The notes below the pieces were generated by a model. The model saw only the letters and a list, made by a program, of their open reading frames with translations, made no database searches and had not been told where the DNA came from. 48,905 bases of DNA from Stramenopiles sp. TOSAG23-2 (taxonomy: Eukaryota): assembly GCA_900128395.1 (NCBI GenBank), contig LT649274.1, forward strand, positions 1 through 48,905, in the 5' to 3' direction. Positions 21,317 to 33,717 of this stretch are shown one piece after another. The number at the start of each line of letters is the position of its first letter. Position 1 is the stretch's first letter. Made by a program: the position numbers and the translations under genes.

Positions 21317-22931
21317 TTACGCCCCACCCAGCGATTTGTGACTGAAACGCAGTCGGTGATGGTGTGTCCATGCAAAAAAAAGTTATTTTACAGTCTCAGG
21401 CACACACCATTAGCGACTGCGTTTAAAACGCAGTCGAAATGTGGACTGCGTTTAAAACGCAGTCAGTGTGATACTATTTACATGCTGGGCCTGAGGGTGT
21501 AAAATTCCCGCTAGTCTAAAAAAAAATTACTTTATATTTTAAGGTTTTAAGGGTTTTATTTTACACCCTCAGGCCCAGCATGTAAATAGTATCACACTGA
21601 CTGCGTTTTAAACGCAGTCCAACATTTCCCCCATATTTTCAATTGGTAGAACAATACTGCCCTCAACATTACTAATTGTGACTTTAAAGTATAAATTAGA
21701 CACCCTGCTTATTTTTTCTGGTTTTTCCAATTACACCTGAACGGGAATTATTTTGAAAATATTTATATATCCACATATGCATATACTAAGAAGTATATTT
21801 AGAGCAAGAATATAGCATTATAATACCAAAAAAGCAAGTTTTTTTCATAAAATGACAACATAGTTTGTAACTTCAAGTGACCGTTGAAAAAATTATCAGT
21901 GGTAATTACTTTTTAGCATTATTTAGTTGTGATGAATATCAAAAGCAAATGTATAAAAAAGTAACATAAGGTTGAAGCATTTAGTGCTTTTTTTTATCAA
22001 ATTTGAATATGTATGTATGTACTATTTACCGTATTTAGTAATTAGTGGGGGAATAGCATTGATATTTAAGGTGTATTGTAATTAGTATGGAATAGCATGA
22101 GAACTGGTAGAACTGTACATATATATTTTCAAAATAAATGAAAATAAAACAATAAATATATATACTTGTATATCCAAATTGATAAATTACCTTTGTATAT
22201 ATATTATAAGTTGAATGTATGAAAATTTAATCGGACCTTTTTTGTATTCAACAGTTACAAGAAGATACAAAGTATCGTGTTTGTGTTAAAAATATTAGTA
22301 TGGAAATAGCATTAGTGAAATACACATTTAAGAAAACTGGAAAACATTTATTTTAAAAATCAAATTCAAATTCAAATTTAAAAATCAATGCATTATTACA
22401 TATTTGATATGCATTTACACAAGTTTATACAGTGTTTTTTTCAAAATGCTGTATACTAAATTTGTTACAACATGATTTGACAAACGTATATATTTTTATA
22501 TATTTAAGGTATTTTAACGATGCTGTGATGGTGTTAGACAATTTGCAAGAGTTTCTGCTGTTTGTGACTGCGTTAAAAACGCAGTCTCCCATTGTATTCC
22601 AATGTTAAATTCAATTACTTTATAATTTTTTTTTCCATGGACACACCATTAGTGACTGCGTTTTAAATGCAGTGCTGCGTTTTAAACGCAGTCGAGAGTT
22701 GTTGACTGCGTTTTAAACGCAGTCGCTAATGGTGTGTGCCCGCCAGAGAAACAACTATTTTTTAAAGGTAAAGTTATTGTTTTTTAATACATGGAATAGC
22801 ACAAGCGACTGCGTTTTAAACGCAGTCGCTCATGGTGTGTGCCTGAGACTGTAAAATAACTTTTTTTTGCATGGACACACCATCACCGACTGCGTTTTAA
22901 ACGCAGTCACAAATCGCTGGGTGGGGCGTAA
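21317..22931. mobile_element. Non-coding foldback/MITE-like element with ~120-bp terminal inverted repeats and ten 21-bp palindromes
   Basis: 21317-21436 is the reverse complement of 22806-22931 (one 6-bp deletion, one mismatch). Second inverted repeat at 21436-21505/21558-21628. Repeated unit GACTGCGTTT(T/A)AAACGCAGTC. Confidence 0.8.
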
Positions 22932-24694
22932 TTTTGGTATTCTAATCACTTTTAAGTATAAATTATGGATGTTTGATAGGTGAAAAGAGGAATCGAACGG
23001 CTTGTAATGAATGCTGTGTCTATAGTAAATATAGAACCCTCATCGAAACATGAAAATAATGGACACATTTTACTATGAGAGGATCTGACAGTTATCACTA
23101 CTGAAAGTGATTGCGGTCTAACAACACCCGCGCGGCTGAAGCCATCGACGGGTGAAGAAGTAGAAAGTAATTGCGGTCTAACAACACCCGCGCGGCTGAA
23201 GCCATCGACGGGTGAAGTAGAACACAAATGCAAATTGAAATACATAATAGGAATATAAAAGATACGAAAAATAAAATTGCGCAATGTATATATATATATA
23301 CATAGATTGTCTACTTGTTTTTGTTGTTCCACTTGTTGAATAGATGCACTGTATTCATCCACACTAGCTTCATTGTAATTTTTAATATTTTCTGTTGTAA
23401 CAAATCTTCCCATGGCATTTCTTTTTCGCAAAATCTAGCATTTCGAAAATGGCGGTCCCATACATGTGTATGGTTGTTCATTTTATCAATATTACCAATT
23501 TTCTCCATAAGCTTATCCAATGGAATGTTACCACCATGTTTAATCCAAAAGATCCTGTACTGTCAAGATGTTGATAAAATATTCCAATATAGAAAATTAT
23601 ATGAACAATCCTTTGTATCTTTTTATCAAACGTTGCAACCTAATGGATACAACAGCGTCAACCCTGATGCCAATCAAATGAAAGTTGATGTTGGAACAGT
23701 TGATGAAAATCGTGATAGTGTAAGAAGGCGAAAAGATACAAAATAAATGAAGGAAAGAAAAAGAAATTGTTAGAATTGAAAAATATGAGGAGAAGGACTA
23801 TACCAAAAAGTCTGTTTATTATGCAGCAAAAAAATAAAAAGAAATTAAGAAAATGGAGTTTCCTCATGGTACATATGAATACAGAGATGAAATACTGGTA
23901 GCAAATATATACCTTGTAGATTAACAAATGAGGAGGCACGGGCAGTAGCAAGAATTCCACAAGTGTGCATAAGACCATATGTTGCTGTGACCTCCCCATA
24001 TTTGGAAGGGATTTGGTTTCATTGGGTGGCTCTAATAAATTGCCACTTGATATCTCTGAAAGTGTGAATACTAGTTTGAGTGATAGTGGAAATGATTCAT
24101 TGGAAACACCCTTGGAACCTAATAATGAAAAACTTGGATCAACAAAAAAACGAGCAGTATCTGCAATTTCCTGGAGAAGTAGTAACTGGAAGAAAACAAA
24201 AAAATCTACCAAAATTTAATACTAAACACAGATACAGAGTTTTAACAACAAAGAATGCAAGGAAGCAAGAAGCTCTCACAGTCAAAGCAGAGTAATAAAA
24301 TATATATACAGTATATATATATTTCTTCTTTTCTATATATATATAATAATTCTTGATCTGGATGCAAGAAACAATATTACAACTATCCCAGATGATTTCA
24401 ATTGCTTGCAATGAATCAAATGGATATGTGGTCACAAGATTATATCAAAACTGTTACAAACAATTTTGAACAAATAAAAAGCAAACATGTCCTAATCCAC
24501 TATTATAATACATCATAGCATTATTATCATATTTAGCACTACACAGCATTGGTTAACATAGATATTCTCATCAAAATAGAAGAAAGACATTTTTTCATTG
24601 AATTCATATATATATATATTTATACACATACAGAGTAATTATATAGAGAGAGACGACAGATAGATTCTTACAGTATCAACAACAGAACAATAAC

Positions 24695-25635
24695 ATGACA
24701 CATTTACAACGCTTAGTATTGACGGTATTAGATTCAAAAAAAGATGAACAATTTGCACATTATGAAAATAAAGCTGGTTTAGGACGTGTTGCATTAGTTG
24801 CTTGTTTTTTAGCATTTACTGGTGGGATACATTTTATATTATTGACAATTTGCACATTATGAAAATAAAGCTGGTTTAGGACGTGTTGCATTAGTTGCTT
24901 GTTTTTTAGCATTTACTGGTGGGATACATTTTATATTATTGACCACGTCACTAATAAATGGTACATATAGTATTTTTCAATGGTCTTTTTATATATTAGT
25001 ACTTGTTATATTTCATTTACTTGAATTTTTTTTAACTGCAATGTACAATCCAAGAACATGTACCGCGGATTCGTTCCTTGTAAACCATTCAAAAGCATAT
25101 ACAATAGCAGCATTAGCAAGTTGGTTTGAATTTTGGATGGAATTATATTTTGTTCCAAGTTGGAAAGGTAATTTATGGAATATTTACCTTGGTGGCATTG
25201 TAGTGATCTTGGGTCAATCATGTCGTACATTAGCAATGCATACGTGTGGGAAACATTTTCATCATATTGTACAAATTCAACGTAGTAAAACACATCAATT
25301 AGTGACAAGTGGTTTATATTCAATCTTTCGACATCCATCATATTTTGGTTGGTTTTATTTTAGTGTTGGTACACAAATCTTACTTGGTAATCCATTTTGT
25401 GTGATTGCATATGCATTAGCATCTTGGCAATTTTTTAACGATCGTATCCCATTTGAAGAAATGTGTTTAGAGGAAATTTGGTAATCCATTTTGTGTGATT
25501 GCATATGCATTAGCATCTTGGCAATTTTTTAACGATCGTATCCCATTTGAAGAAATGTGTTTAGAGGAAATGTATGGAAAAGAATATGATGAATATAAAA
25601 AGAAAACAATTATTGGTATACCTTTTATTTCGTAA
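24695..25635 (+). CDS. ICMT: Protein-S-isoprenylcysteine O-methyltransferase; frame broken by 97-bp and 94-bp tandem duplications
   Basis: FHLLEF, SFLVNHS, HQLVTSGLYSIFRHPSYFGWF, RIPFEE. Collapsing the duplications gives ATG 24695 through ..YGKEYDEYKKKTIIGIPFIS-stop at 25635. Confidence 0.9.
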
Positions 25636-25891
25636 AGCTTAGAGAGTGATGTGCATGGATCGGATTGGTGAAAATTTTCGTTTACCAGGAGTTTTTTAAA
25701 AATTTTTACACACTCCCCTCTCGTTTAAAATATTTTGTTTCAATAATATATGCATACTATTTATTATTATTATTTTACAAACCAATTTGAATGAATAAAA
25801 ATGTCAATAAAAACATTTACTATCTATAAATATATATATAGACATACACATATAAAAATACAAACATATATATATATACATAACCACCACC

Positions 25892-27198
25892 ATGGCCAAT
25901 ACATACAATACACGAATTGCTATAGAAGGTTGTTGCCATGGGGAATTAGATCAAATATATGATGCAGTAAAAAAAGCAAATGAAAATGAGTTAGAACAAT
26001 CGAAAATTGATAATAGACCATATAAAGAAATTGAATTATTAATATGTTGCGGTGATTTCCAAGCTGTTCGAAATCAAACCGATTTAAATTGCATGTCATG
26101 TCCAGTGAAATATAGAAGAATGAATTCGTTTTATAAATATTATTCTGGTGAAAAGAAAGCACCAGTTTTAACTATTTGTATTGGTGGTAACCACGAAGCA
26201 TCAAATCATATGCAAGAATTACCATATGGTGGTTGGGTTGCACCAAATATATTTTATTTAGGTTATGCTGGTGTGATTAATTATCGCGGCTTGCGTATTG
26301 GTGGCTTATCCGGTATCTTTAAGCAACACAATTACATGAAAGGGCATTATGAAACCTATCCATATACACCATCGTCCGTACGAAGTGTGTATCATGTCCG
26401 TCAAGTTGATGTATATAATTTAGCATTATTACCAAAAGAATCAAGGGATATTGATATTTTTTTAAGTCATGATTGGCCACGAGGTATTGCATTATATGGT
26501 AATGTGGATCAATTATTACGTAAAAAACGATTTTTAAAAGATGAAATTTTAAGCAATACACTTGGTAGCATGCCAGCAGAAGCATTGTTGCATGATTTAA
26601 AACCACGATATTGGTTTTCTGCACATATGCATGTGAAATATGCTGCTATTGTTAAACATGAAGAAAATAATACAACTAATAGTAACATCAATATGAGTAA
26701 TAATGATGATGTAAATGAAGTAAAAAAAGAAGAAGAGAAAACGACGAAATTTTTAGCATTAGATAAATGTTTACCAAATCGTAAATTTTTGCAAGTATTG
26801 GATATGACAAGTAGAGAGAATAATACAAACAATACAGTACCAAAATATACTGATGAAATTGTTTGGGATATTGGTTGGCTTGCTGTGATTAAAGGTATGC
26901 ATCATATATCTTCCAGTCCATACAATATGCCAATACAATTACCACCAAGAAATGTTTCAGATGAATTTGTACGTAAAGGATATGAATTTGTGAAAAATAA
27001 ATGTAATGGCGATGATAATAATACCAGTAACAATAATATATTTGTAAAACCATATCAATTTGTTCCAACTGCACCAATGGATCCAAATCCACAAACCATA
27101 CGATTTGGTAGTCCACAAACAGATTATTTATTAAATTTTCTTGAATTGCAACATACATTTACTGTACCAACCTCTGTCAATTATGGACTTCCGATGCG

Positions 27199-27238
<40 letters not shown>

Positions 27239-27424
27239 AATAATTTTCATGAGCATCAAAAGATAATAAAAAAGCAAAATACATTTAATGAACCATTAAC
27301 AACAACAATCAGTAATAACGGTGGTGGGGTAATGATGTCAACAAATAATATCAATAACCATACAGCCGTCATGGTTGAAGATGAAAATGAAATTGATTTA
27401 AGTTTAAGTGATGAAGATGATTGA
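25892..27424 (+). CDS. DBR1: RNA lariat debranching enzyme
   Basis: [55 protein letters not shown] and C-terminal DENEIDL. Confidence 0.97.
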
Positions 27425-27608
27425 GAGTATGTGTGTGGGTGTTATTAAAAAATAATAATTTTTGACTGAGATAATAATTATTATATTCATTTTTGTTGAA
27501 TTTTGAATCGATTCTCTCGGTAATATATATATATTAGAAAAGAAATATAACGTACCAAAATACAAAACACAGCAGTATATACATATATACAAATTATACA
27601 ATACAACC

Positions 27609-29525
27609 ATGATATTACATAAACATTTACTCATATACATTGCATTGTTATTATTATTCACAAATGTAATCATCAATGATGTATCTAGTTTGAAAATACC
27701 ATCACGTAATAATAATAATAATAATGAAGGAAAAATCATTCAACAAGTGAATAATTTGGACAATAATAATGAACAACATCCATCTACAGTAAACTGTACT
27801 TGGAAATATTTTACACAACCACTTGATCATTTTTCACCTGGTGTAGTCAATGTAAATGGAGATAATAGTAGTGCTATTGCAACGTTTCAACAACGATATT
27901 GCATATATGATAAATATTTTAACAAGGAAGTAAAGATGAATGGTCCACCACCAAATATATTATTTTACACCGGAAATGAAAGCCCTGTGGAAGAATATAT
28001 TAATCAAACTGGTCTAATGTGGACGTTAGCGCCAAAATTAAATTCATTGGTTGTCTTTGCAGAACATCGTTATTTTGGTGAATCGGTTCCACAACTAAAA
28101 GGTGTACGTAATTGTTTATCATATTGCACAACACAACAAGCATTAGCAGATCATGCATTATTAGTTTTGGAAATTAAAAAAAATTATAACATTCAAAATA
28201 ATAATGCAAAAGTAGTTGCTTTTGGTGGAAGTTATGGTGGAATGTTAGCTTCATGGGCACGAATTAAATATCCAAATGTATTTGATGGTGCAATAGCAGG
28301 TAGTGCACCGATATGGGGATTTCCATTATTAAATCCACCATTAGATGGTGCAACACAAGCTATCACACGTTCAGCATCGAAAGCTGGTGGGGCAACAGAT
28401 CAATGTAAAGAGAATATACGAACAGTATGGCCAATTATTTATGATATTGGAAAAACAGCACTTGGTCGGCAATACTTATCCGAAGTACTAAATTTATGTA
28501 AACCTATGATTTGGATGGAGGATGTCAATGAATATTTACAATATGCACAAGCATTATGGTTTGATTTAGCAGAAGGCGATTATCCATTTCCATCTACATA
28601 TATAACATTTGCAGTTGGACCTGGAAATTATCCATTGCCACCTTGGCCTGTACGAGTAGCATGTGATCAAGGTTTAAATACAGATTATGATATTAAAATA
28701 ACTGGCAATACATCAAATGTTACATATTCAATTGAAATTGATAAAGTTGAAATTGTTGTCAATTGGGATGTTACATCAAGCAATGGGTATTCCATAAATG
28801 CCCTGAAAAAAAGTAAAATTCATACATTATTAACATCAATACAAAAAGCTATTGGTGTATGGTATAATGTTAGTGGTACATTACAATGTTTTGATTTTAG
28901 AAACAACGATGTATTGAAGAAAGAAGATGAGAAGAAGAAAATGAAAATGAAAACTGTCAAGGAAAACAAGGCAGTAATGGATGTAGTAGTGGATGTGAAT
29001 AATAATAATGACGATGATGATAATATATGTACTAGTAATGGAATACCAGGTAATGCTGCATATTGGAATGTAATTTGTTGTAATGAAAATTTAAATTTAG
29101 TCAATACAGTCGTACAAGGTGTTGGTAATGATATGTATTGGCCACCAAATGTGAAACGTAATTATACATATGATAGTGTAGTCAATGCTCCAAATTCATG
29201 GTTAAATACATGTAATGAATATTATGATAGTATTGGTTTATATGGTGTTTCAAAATTTCATGATAACTATGCACATTGGGATACTATGTATTATGGTGGA
29301 AAAGATATTACAAGTGCAAGCAATATTGTATTTAGTAATGGTTTATTAGATCCATGGAGTAGTGCTGGTGTATTGCAGAATTTAAGTGATACATTATTAG
29401 CAGTTATTATTGATTTAGGTGGACATCATTTGGATTTGTTTTTTCCAACTAAAAATGATCCTGAATCCGTGATTAAAGCAAGGGAAATTGAAGAGCAAGA
29501 GATAAGAAAATGGATTGGTCAGTAA
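27609..29525 (+). CDS. Secreted/lysosomal serine peptidase, family S28 (Pro-X carboxypeptidase/DPP2-like)
   Basis: Signal peptide, FTQPLDHF, FYTGNE, EHRYFGES, GGSYGGML, SNGLLDPW, GHHLDL. Confidence 0.95.
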   Translation: MILHKHLLIYIALLLLFTNVIINDVSSLKIPSRNNNNNNEGKIIQQVNNLDNNNEQHPSTVNCTWKYFTQPLDHFSPGVVNVNGDNSSAIATFQQRYCIYDKYFNKEVKMNGPPPNILFYTGNESPVEEYINQTGLMWTLAPKLNSLVVFAEHRYFGESVPQLKGVRNCLSYCTTQQALADHALLVLEIKKNYNIQNNNAKVVAFGGSYGGMLASWARIKYPNVFDGAIAGSAPIWGFPLLNPPLDGATQAITRSASKAGGATDQCKENIRTVWPIIYDIGKTALGRQYLSEVLNLCKPMIWMEDVNEYLQYAQALWFDLAEGDYPFPSTYITFAVGPGNYPLPPWPVRVACDQGLNTDYDIKITGNTSNVTYSIEIDKVEIVVNWDVTSSNGYSINALKKSKIHTLLTSIQKAIGVWYNVSGTLQCFDFRNNDVLKKEDEKKKMKMKTVKENKAVMDVVVDVNNNNDDDDNICTSNGIPGNAAYWNVICCNENLNLVNTVVQGVGNDMYWPPNVKRNYTYDSVVNAPNSWLNTCNEYYDSIGLYGVSKFHDNYAHWDTMYYGGKDITSASNIVFSNGLLDPWSSAGVLQNLSDTLLAVIIDLGGHHLDLFFPTKNDPESVIKAREIEEQEIRKWIGQ

Positions 29526-29641
29526 AAATTATGAACCAAGGGAGGAGTCGGTGTGGACACCAAAACAGGATACGCTCTTATTAAAAATATATTAGAGATA
29601 ATAATATCTATTTTATACACAGCTGTATTCGTCAAAAAAGT

Positions 29642-30343
29642 TTATCCTTTCTTTTGTTCTTTGTTTGTCATACCCTTTGTAGTTATCGTTCCACTACGTA
29701 TAATTTCAAGTGTATCGTAATTAGAAAAGACCAAACCTAATGAACCAATTGTTAAAATACTTGTTACAAATATAATACCAAAGACATTATTTGTTCCTAA
29801 CATAAATTTTCCTTTTAATAATGCTTTTTGTACGGAATAATATCGATTCGTTGCATGAGCTAACATGACACCACCCGTTGCAATGCAACCAAATGCTGGT
29901 AAATGTATTGTTAAAATATCATCATGATTTGTTTTATTATGTTCATCAATTGTAATATCCTTACTTTCGTTAACTTTTATTACTTTAATATTTGATGTTA
30001 CTGATGAGGACGGGTCATGTAATAAAGATTGATTTTGTATAGAATCAATAGCAACTCCTAATGCAACAAAACCCATGCCTGTTCTAGCCCATGCAAGAAA
30101 CGTCCTTTCGTTCGCTAAATGATCACGTGCCGTTGATCCTGCATTTTCAATTAAATTACGATACTTTTTTTTTTTAGACGACGAAGAAGATGAAAAATAT
30201 TGTTTTCTATTATTATAAATTCTATTATTTTTTTTGCATAATGTTGTTGTTGATGATGATATTTTTTTTGTTTTTCCTATTGTTGTTGTGACTTTATTTA
30301 CAATTCCAATACATTGATTATTTTTTATAATATTACAAAACAT
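29642..30343 (-). CDS. DUF202/YidH-type small membrane protein with a possible mitochondrial transit peptide
   Basis: NAGSTARDHLANERTFLAWARTG followed by three hydrophobic segments. Confidence 0.85.
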   Translation of the reverse strand: MFCNIIKNNQCIGIVNKVTTTIGKTKKISSSTTTLCKKNNRIYNNRKQYFSSSSSSKKKKYRNLIENAGSTARDHLANERTFLAWARTGMGFVALGVAIDSIQNQSLLHDPSSSVTSNIKVIKVNESKDITIDEHNKTNHDDILTIHLPAFGCIATGGVMLAHATNRYYSVQKALLKGKFMLGTNNVFGIIFVTSILTIGSLGLVFSNYDTLEIIRSGTITTKGMTNKEQKKG

Positions 30344-30754
30344 ATTGTGTTTTTGACTTGGTATACGTTCTTTAATTGTTAATGATCTTTATATATACGT
30401 CCTTTCTGGTTTCTTGTGTATGTATCGTATTCTCTTTTCTTTCTCTTGTTTTAAAATAAAATCTATATTTTTTTTGCTTTTGATATATATATACTTGTAG
30501 TAAAAAAAATGAAAATATAAAATGGATTTTTATATAAAAGTATTAATAATAAAGTTGTAAATAAATACTTGTAGTAAAAAAAATGAAAATATAAAATGGA
30601 TTTTTATATAAAAGTATTAATAATAAAGTTGTAAATAATATTATAAGATAAGCAAAGAGTAATATTACATCGATGCTAAAGTAAAAATATAAAATTTATA
30701 TTTTTATAGGATATTTTATATATTCAACAGATCAAATTGGAATATTTGATATTT

Positions 30755-31189
30755 TTAATGATTTAAATCACCATTACCATCTCCTACATCATTACCATTT
30801 TCATCATGATCATTTGCTTTTCCACCTTTTGAACGTATAAGATCAATGATCTCTTGGCGAATTGGACTTTCATTATTATATGCACAGTCCAGGGGAGTGT
30901 ATCCCTCGTCCCCGTCCTCGTCCTTCTTATTAATGCTATCAAGAGACATATTAGTTAATAAGACTTCAATCAACTTAGTATCCTTTTTGTTATAACGTGC
31001 TGCTAAATGTAATGCATTTTGTCCATCACCATCTGTCATATTACAATCTGCACCATTTACCACAAAGCATTCCACAGCTTTCAAATTTTCCTCGGTGCTT
31101 GCTTTAAATAATGTATAATGATGATGCATATATATTTGGCATCTACGCCAAGATTTTTCTGCAGTGGGATTCGTCATCAATGATGCCAT
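30755..31189 (-). CDS. Small ankyrin-repeat protein
   Basis: GQNALHLAARYN, YTPLDCAY, QEIIDLIRSKGGKAN. Start taken at ATG 31189 (MASLMTNP). Confidence 0.85.
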   Translation of the reverse strand: MASLMTNPTAEKSWRRCQIYMHHHYTLFKASTEENLKAVECFVVNGADCNMTDGDGQNALHLAARYNKKDTKLIEVLLTNMSLDSINKKDEDGDEGYTPLDCAYNNESPIRQEIIDLIRSKGGKANDHDENGNDVGDGNGDLNH

Positions 31190-31881
31190 GGTATAAACGC
31201 AATATATTATTACCTTGTGATGTGTGTTCTTCGTATATATGTTTCGACTGTGTTTGATATTATATGATATCAAACCCAACGTAATTCTGAACGTATAATA
31301 TTATTTATTTCAAAATGACAATTAAACGTAATGCTATTATATATCAATACAATAACAAATATGAAATATATATAAAATGTATGATTCAATTTATCTTCCT
31401 TTTCCTTACTATCAATCTATCTTTTCCATGTCCATGTACACATTCACACACATCACATGTTAATGTGTTTTTACTTCCCCTCTTGTTTATTCTCATGTTT
31501 TTTTCTTGCACCATCATCTCATTTTCCTTCATTTTATGGTGGTTGGTATAGTCACAAGTATAAATACGCCCATATTTCTCCTATTATCAGATCGTGAAAA
31601 ATAATCCGAGGCCAATATAAATATTACCTTAACCTTATATTCGAAAAATATATAAAAAAAAAGAAGAAAAAAAAAGAAGAAGAAAAAAGATATGTTGTTT
31701 TTCTCGTTTCTCCGTAAATATAAAATATAAATAAATACATGTGATATATATATATTGTTTTGTTTGGGTATATTTTTTTGCGTGTGTTTGTTTTAAACAT
31801 AGTAGTATAGTGTTTAGTATCATCAATATATACAGTAGGGAGCTAGAGCTATTATTATCAGGAAACACAACATAAACGAGG

Positions 31882-33717
31882 ATGAGTGCATTGTCGTCGT
31901 TAGCAGATCCAGGGAGAAATTCATCATATTATTATGATGCATTAAATGTGGAGTTGGAACAAGTAAAGATGGAGTTGGAAAAGTGGAAAAGTGGGGACAT
32001 GAGGTACCAAGAAGTTTTTGATGTAGAAACGGGTGTAGTAACCTCAAGCAGTCTTAGTAATAGCAGTGGTAAAAGGAATACCAGTGATGATGATGACAAG
32101 CGTGTATCAAAACGTCAAAAAACAACTAAGAGCAGTAGTGGTAATGGTAGTGTTAATAATAATAATAATAATAATGGAACAAGTTTATTGAGCAGACTTG
32201 TAAAAGTCAAAGAAGAGCGTAATGATAAAGCTGGGGATTTGGAAGATGCTAATGAGACTTTAGAAATGCAAGCTCGCACTACTGATATATGGCAAGGTCG
32301 TTTTGACGAGGTATATGAGCTGGCAAAAAATAATGGGGTGGATGTACACGTTTTAAATACTATCAGAGACCGTTCCGTTTTAGAATCCCCACCTACTGCT
32401 CCAACAATAGCACCAGATACAACAACCGCCACCACGACGACGAATACTAATACAACAACAACAACAACAACAACAACCACTCCTGAAATAACCCAAAGTT
32501 CCCAAGCAAATGTTGTAATGCCCACTGTATATGCATCACCTGGGAAATTTACCAACCGGGTAACTGTTGCTTATAAATTTGCGTCTCGGCGTACGTATTT
32601 AGTAAGTAAGAATTATGGGTTACAAGGGGAATTATTAATACCTCTATTGCAGGATCCTGAAACTGGATACACCCGGTTTAATGATTGTCCTACTGAATTT
32701 ATAGGGAAGATTACAGGATATGATCCGGTGAAACAAGAAGATTTTACAGAAGAATTCAAATGTTTCTATTTCCACAATTCAAAAGGACAGTTCAAAATAT
32801 GGTTGGGTATTGAACTTGAAATGCTTGAAACAGGGCCAAATAATAGACATTTTCTAATGACTTCTCCTGATACAAAACTACAAATGCATCAGCTACTTAG
32901 TCGAGAGCCTCGACGCTTTGCTGCTAGCAAAGCGTCACTAGAAGAAACGCGTTATTTTACAACAAAAGCCAGGAAAGATGTTGATGGTACCCATATAAAG
33001 AATTGGATGAAAAACCAAGGTGGAAATTTGAATTTTTATTGGCATAGTAGTGCTTATAATTGGGGTGATGGTAATTATGAGGACATGGGTTTTGAAACAC
33101 GTATTGTTAATGGAAAAGAGGAAATTGAAGAAGGGGTTTTGGAAGATTATACATTAACAGCGGATGCAAAAATTAAATTCTATACAGTACTTTCGGCGCA
33201 CAAATCGTTTGAAAGCAGAACAACCAAAAAATCACTGAAAGACTGGGGCTATGAAAGTAATGATGATGATAACGAACTTCCACATTGGGAGAAATTGGAA
33301 AAAAGAGTTTCGGCACGTTTTCCAAACAAACCACCAGAATGGTCAAAAAAAGCTGTGGTGCAATATAAATACTTTTTGGAGCTAAAGAAGGAGCATAAAG
33401 ATTGGAAATCAGAAAAATTTTCACCATCAGCAATGATCGATGAGGTGTGGCATACACATCTCAGTTTTAATCTTGATTACACATTAGACATTTTAAAGTT
33501 TACTGGTGGTCATTTAATTGAACATTCTCCTGTACTTGGAGACAAACCAAGACAAAATTACATTGCAGCATATAAGGAAGCAAAAAAGAAAAAATATAAT
33601 TTGGATATTGAATTCTGGCCACCAGTCATAGAACAACCCTATGAGAGTGATCATGATGGAGACTCTGATGCATTCATCCATATCCCAGCTTGGGACGCAG
33701 GCCCGCATTGTGGTTAG
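31882..33717 (+). CDS. Hypothetical protein with a C-terminal GRDP-like (glycine-rich domain-containing protein family) domain
   Basis: 611-aa ORF with YKYFLELK..SPSAMIDEVWHTHL..IEHSP, an N-terminal coiled coil and a Thr-rich linker. Confidence 0.7.
   Translation: MSALSSLADPGRNSSYYYDALNVELEQVKMELEKWKSGDMRYQEVFDVETGVVTSSSLSNSSGKRNTSDDDDKRVSKRQKTTKSSSGNGSVNNNNNNNGTSLLSRLVKVKEERNDKAGDLEDANETLEMQARTTDIWQGRFDEVYELAKNNGVDVHVLNTIRDRSVLESPPTAPTIAPDTTTATTTTNTNTTTTTTTTTTPEITQSSQANVVMPTVYASPGKFTNRVTVAYKFASRRTYLVSKNYGLQGELLIPLLQDPETGYTRFNDCPTEFIGKITGYDPVKQEDFTEEFKCFYFHNSKGQFKIWLGIELEMLETGPNNRHFLMTSPDTKLQMHQLLSREPRRFAASKASLEETRYFTTKARKDVDGTHIKNWMKNQGGNLNFYWHSSAYNWGDGNYEDMGFETRIVNGKEEIEEGVLEDYTLTADAKIKFYTVLSAHKSFESRTTKKSLKDWGYESNDDDNELPHWEKLEKRVSARFPNKPPEWSKKAVVQYKYFLELKKEHKDWKSEKFSPSAMIDEVWHTHLSFNLDYTLDILKFTGGHLIEHSPVLGDKPRQNYIAAYKEAKKKKYNLDIEFWPPVIEQPYESDHDGDSDAFIHIPAWDAGPHCG

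Noticed and set aside
21535-21557. Telomere-like TTTTAAGG(G) units
   Set aside because: Only two degenerate units in AT-rich DNA.
21340-22908. CRISPR-like array of palindromic repeats
   Set aside because: Spacing is irregular (0 to ~950 bp), the spacers are themselves repeated and inverted, there are no cas genes, and the context is eukaryotic.
22952-24435. Overlapping short ORFs on both strands, with a 60-bp-period repeat at 23111/23171
   Set aside because: No recognisable motif or consistent exon chain; may be decayed coding or transposon sequence.
24695-25635. ICMT (and the SGNH gene at 37596-38658) as pseudogenes or programmed frameshifts
   Set aside because: The frame breaks coincide exactly with perfect ~95-bp duplications, and collapsing them restores intact genes.
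27203-27236. (AAT)n microsatellite
   Set aside because: Ordinary poly-Asn tract, common throughout these host genes.
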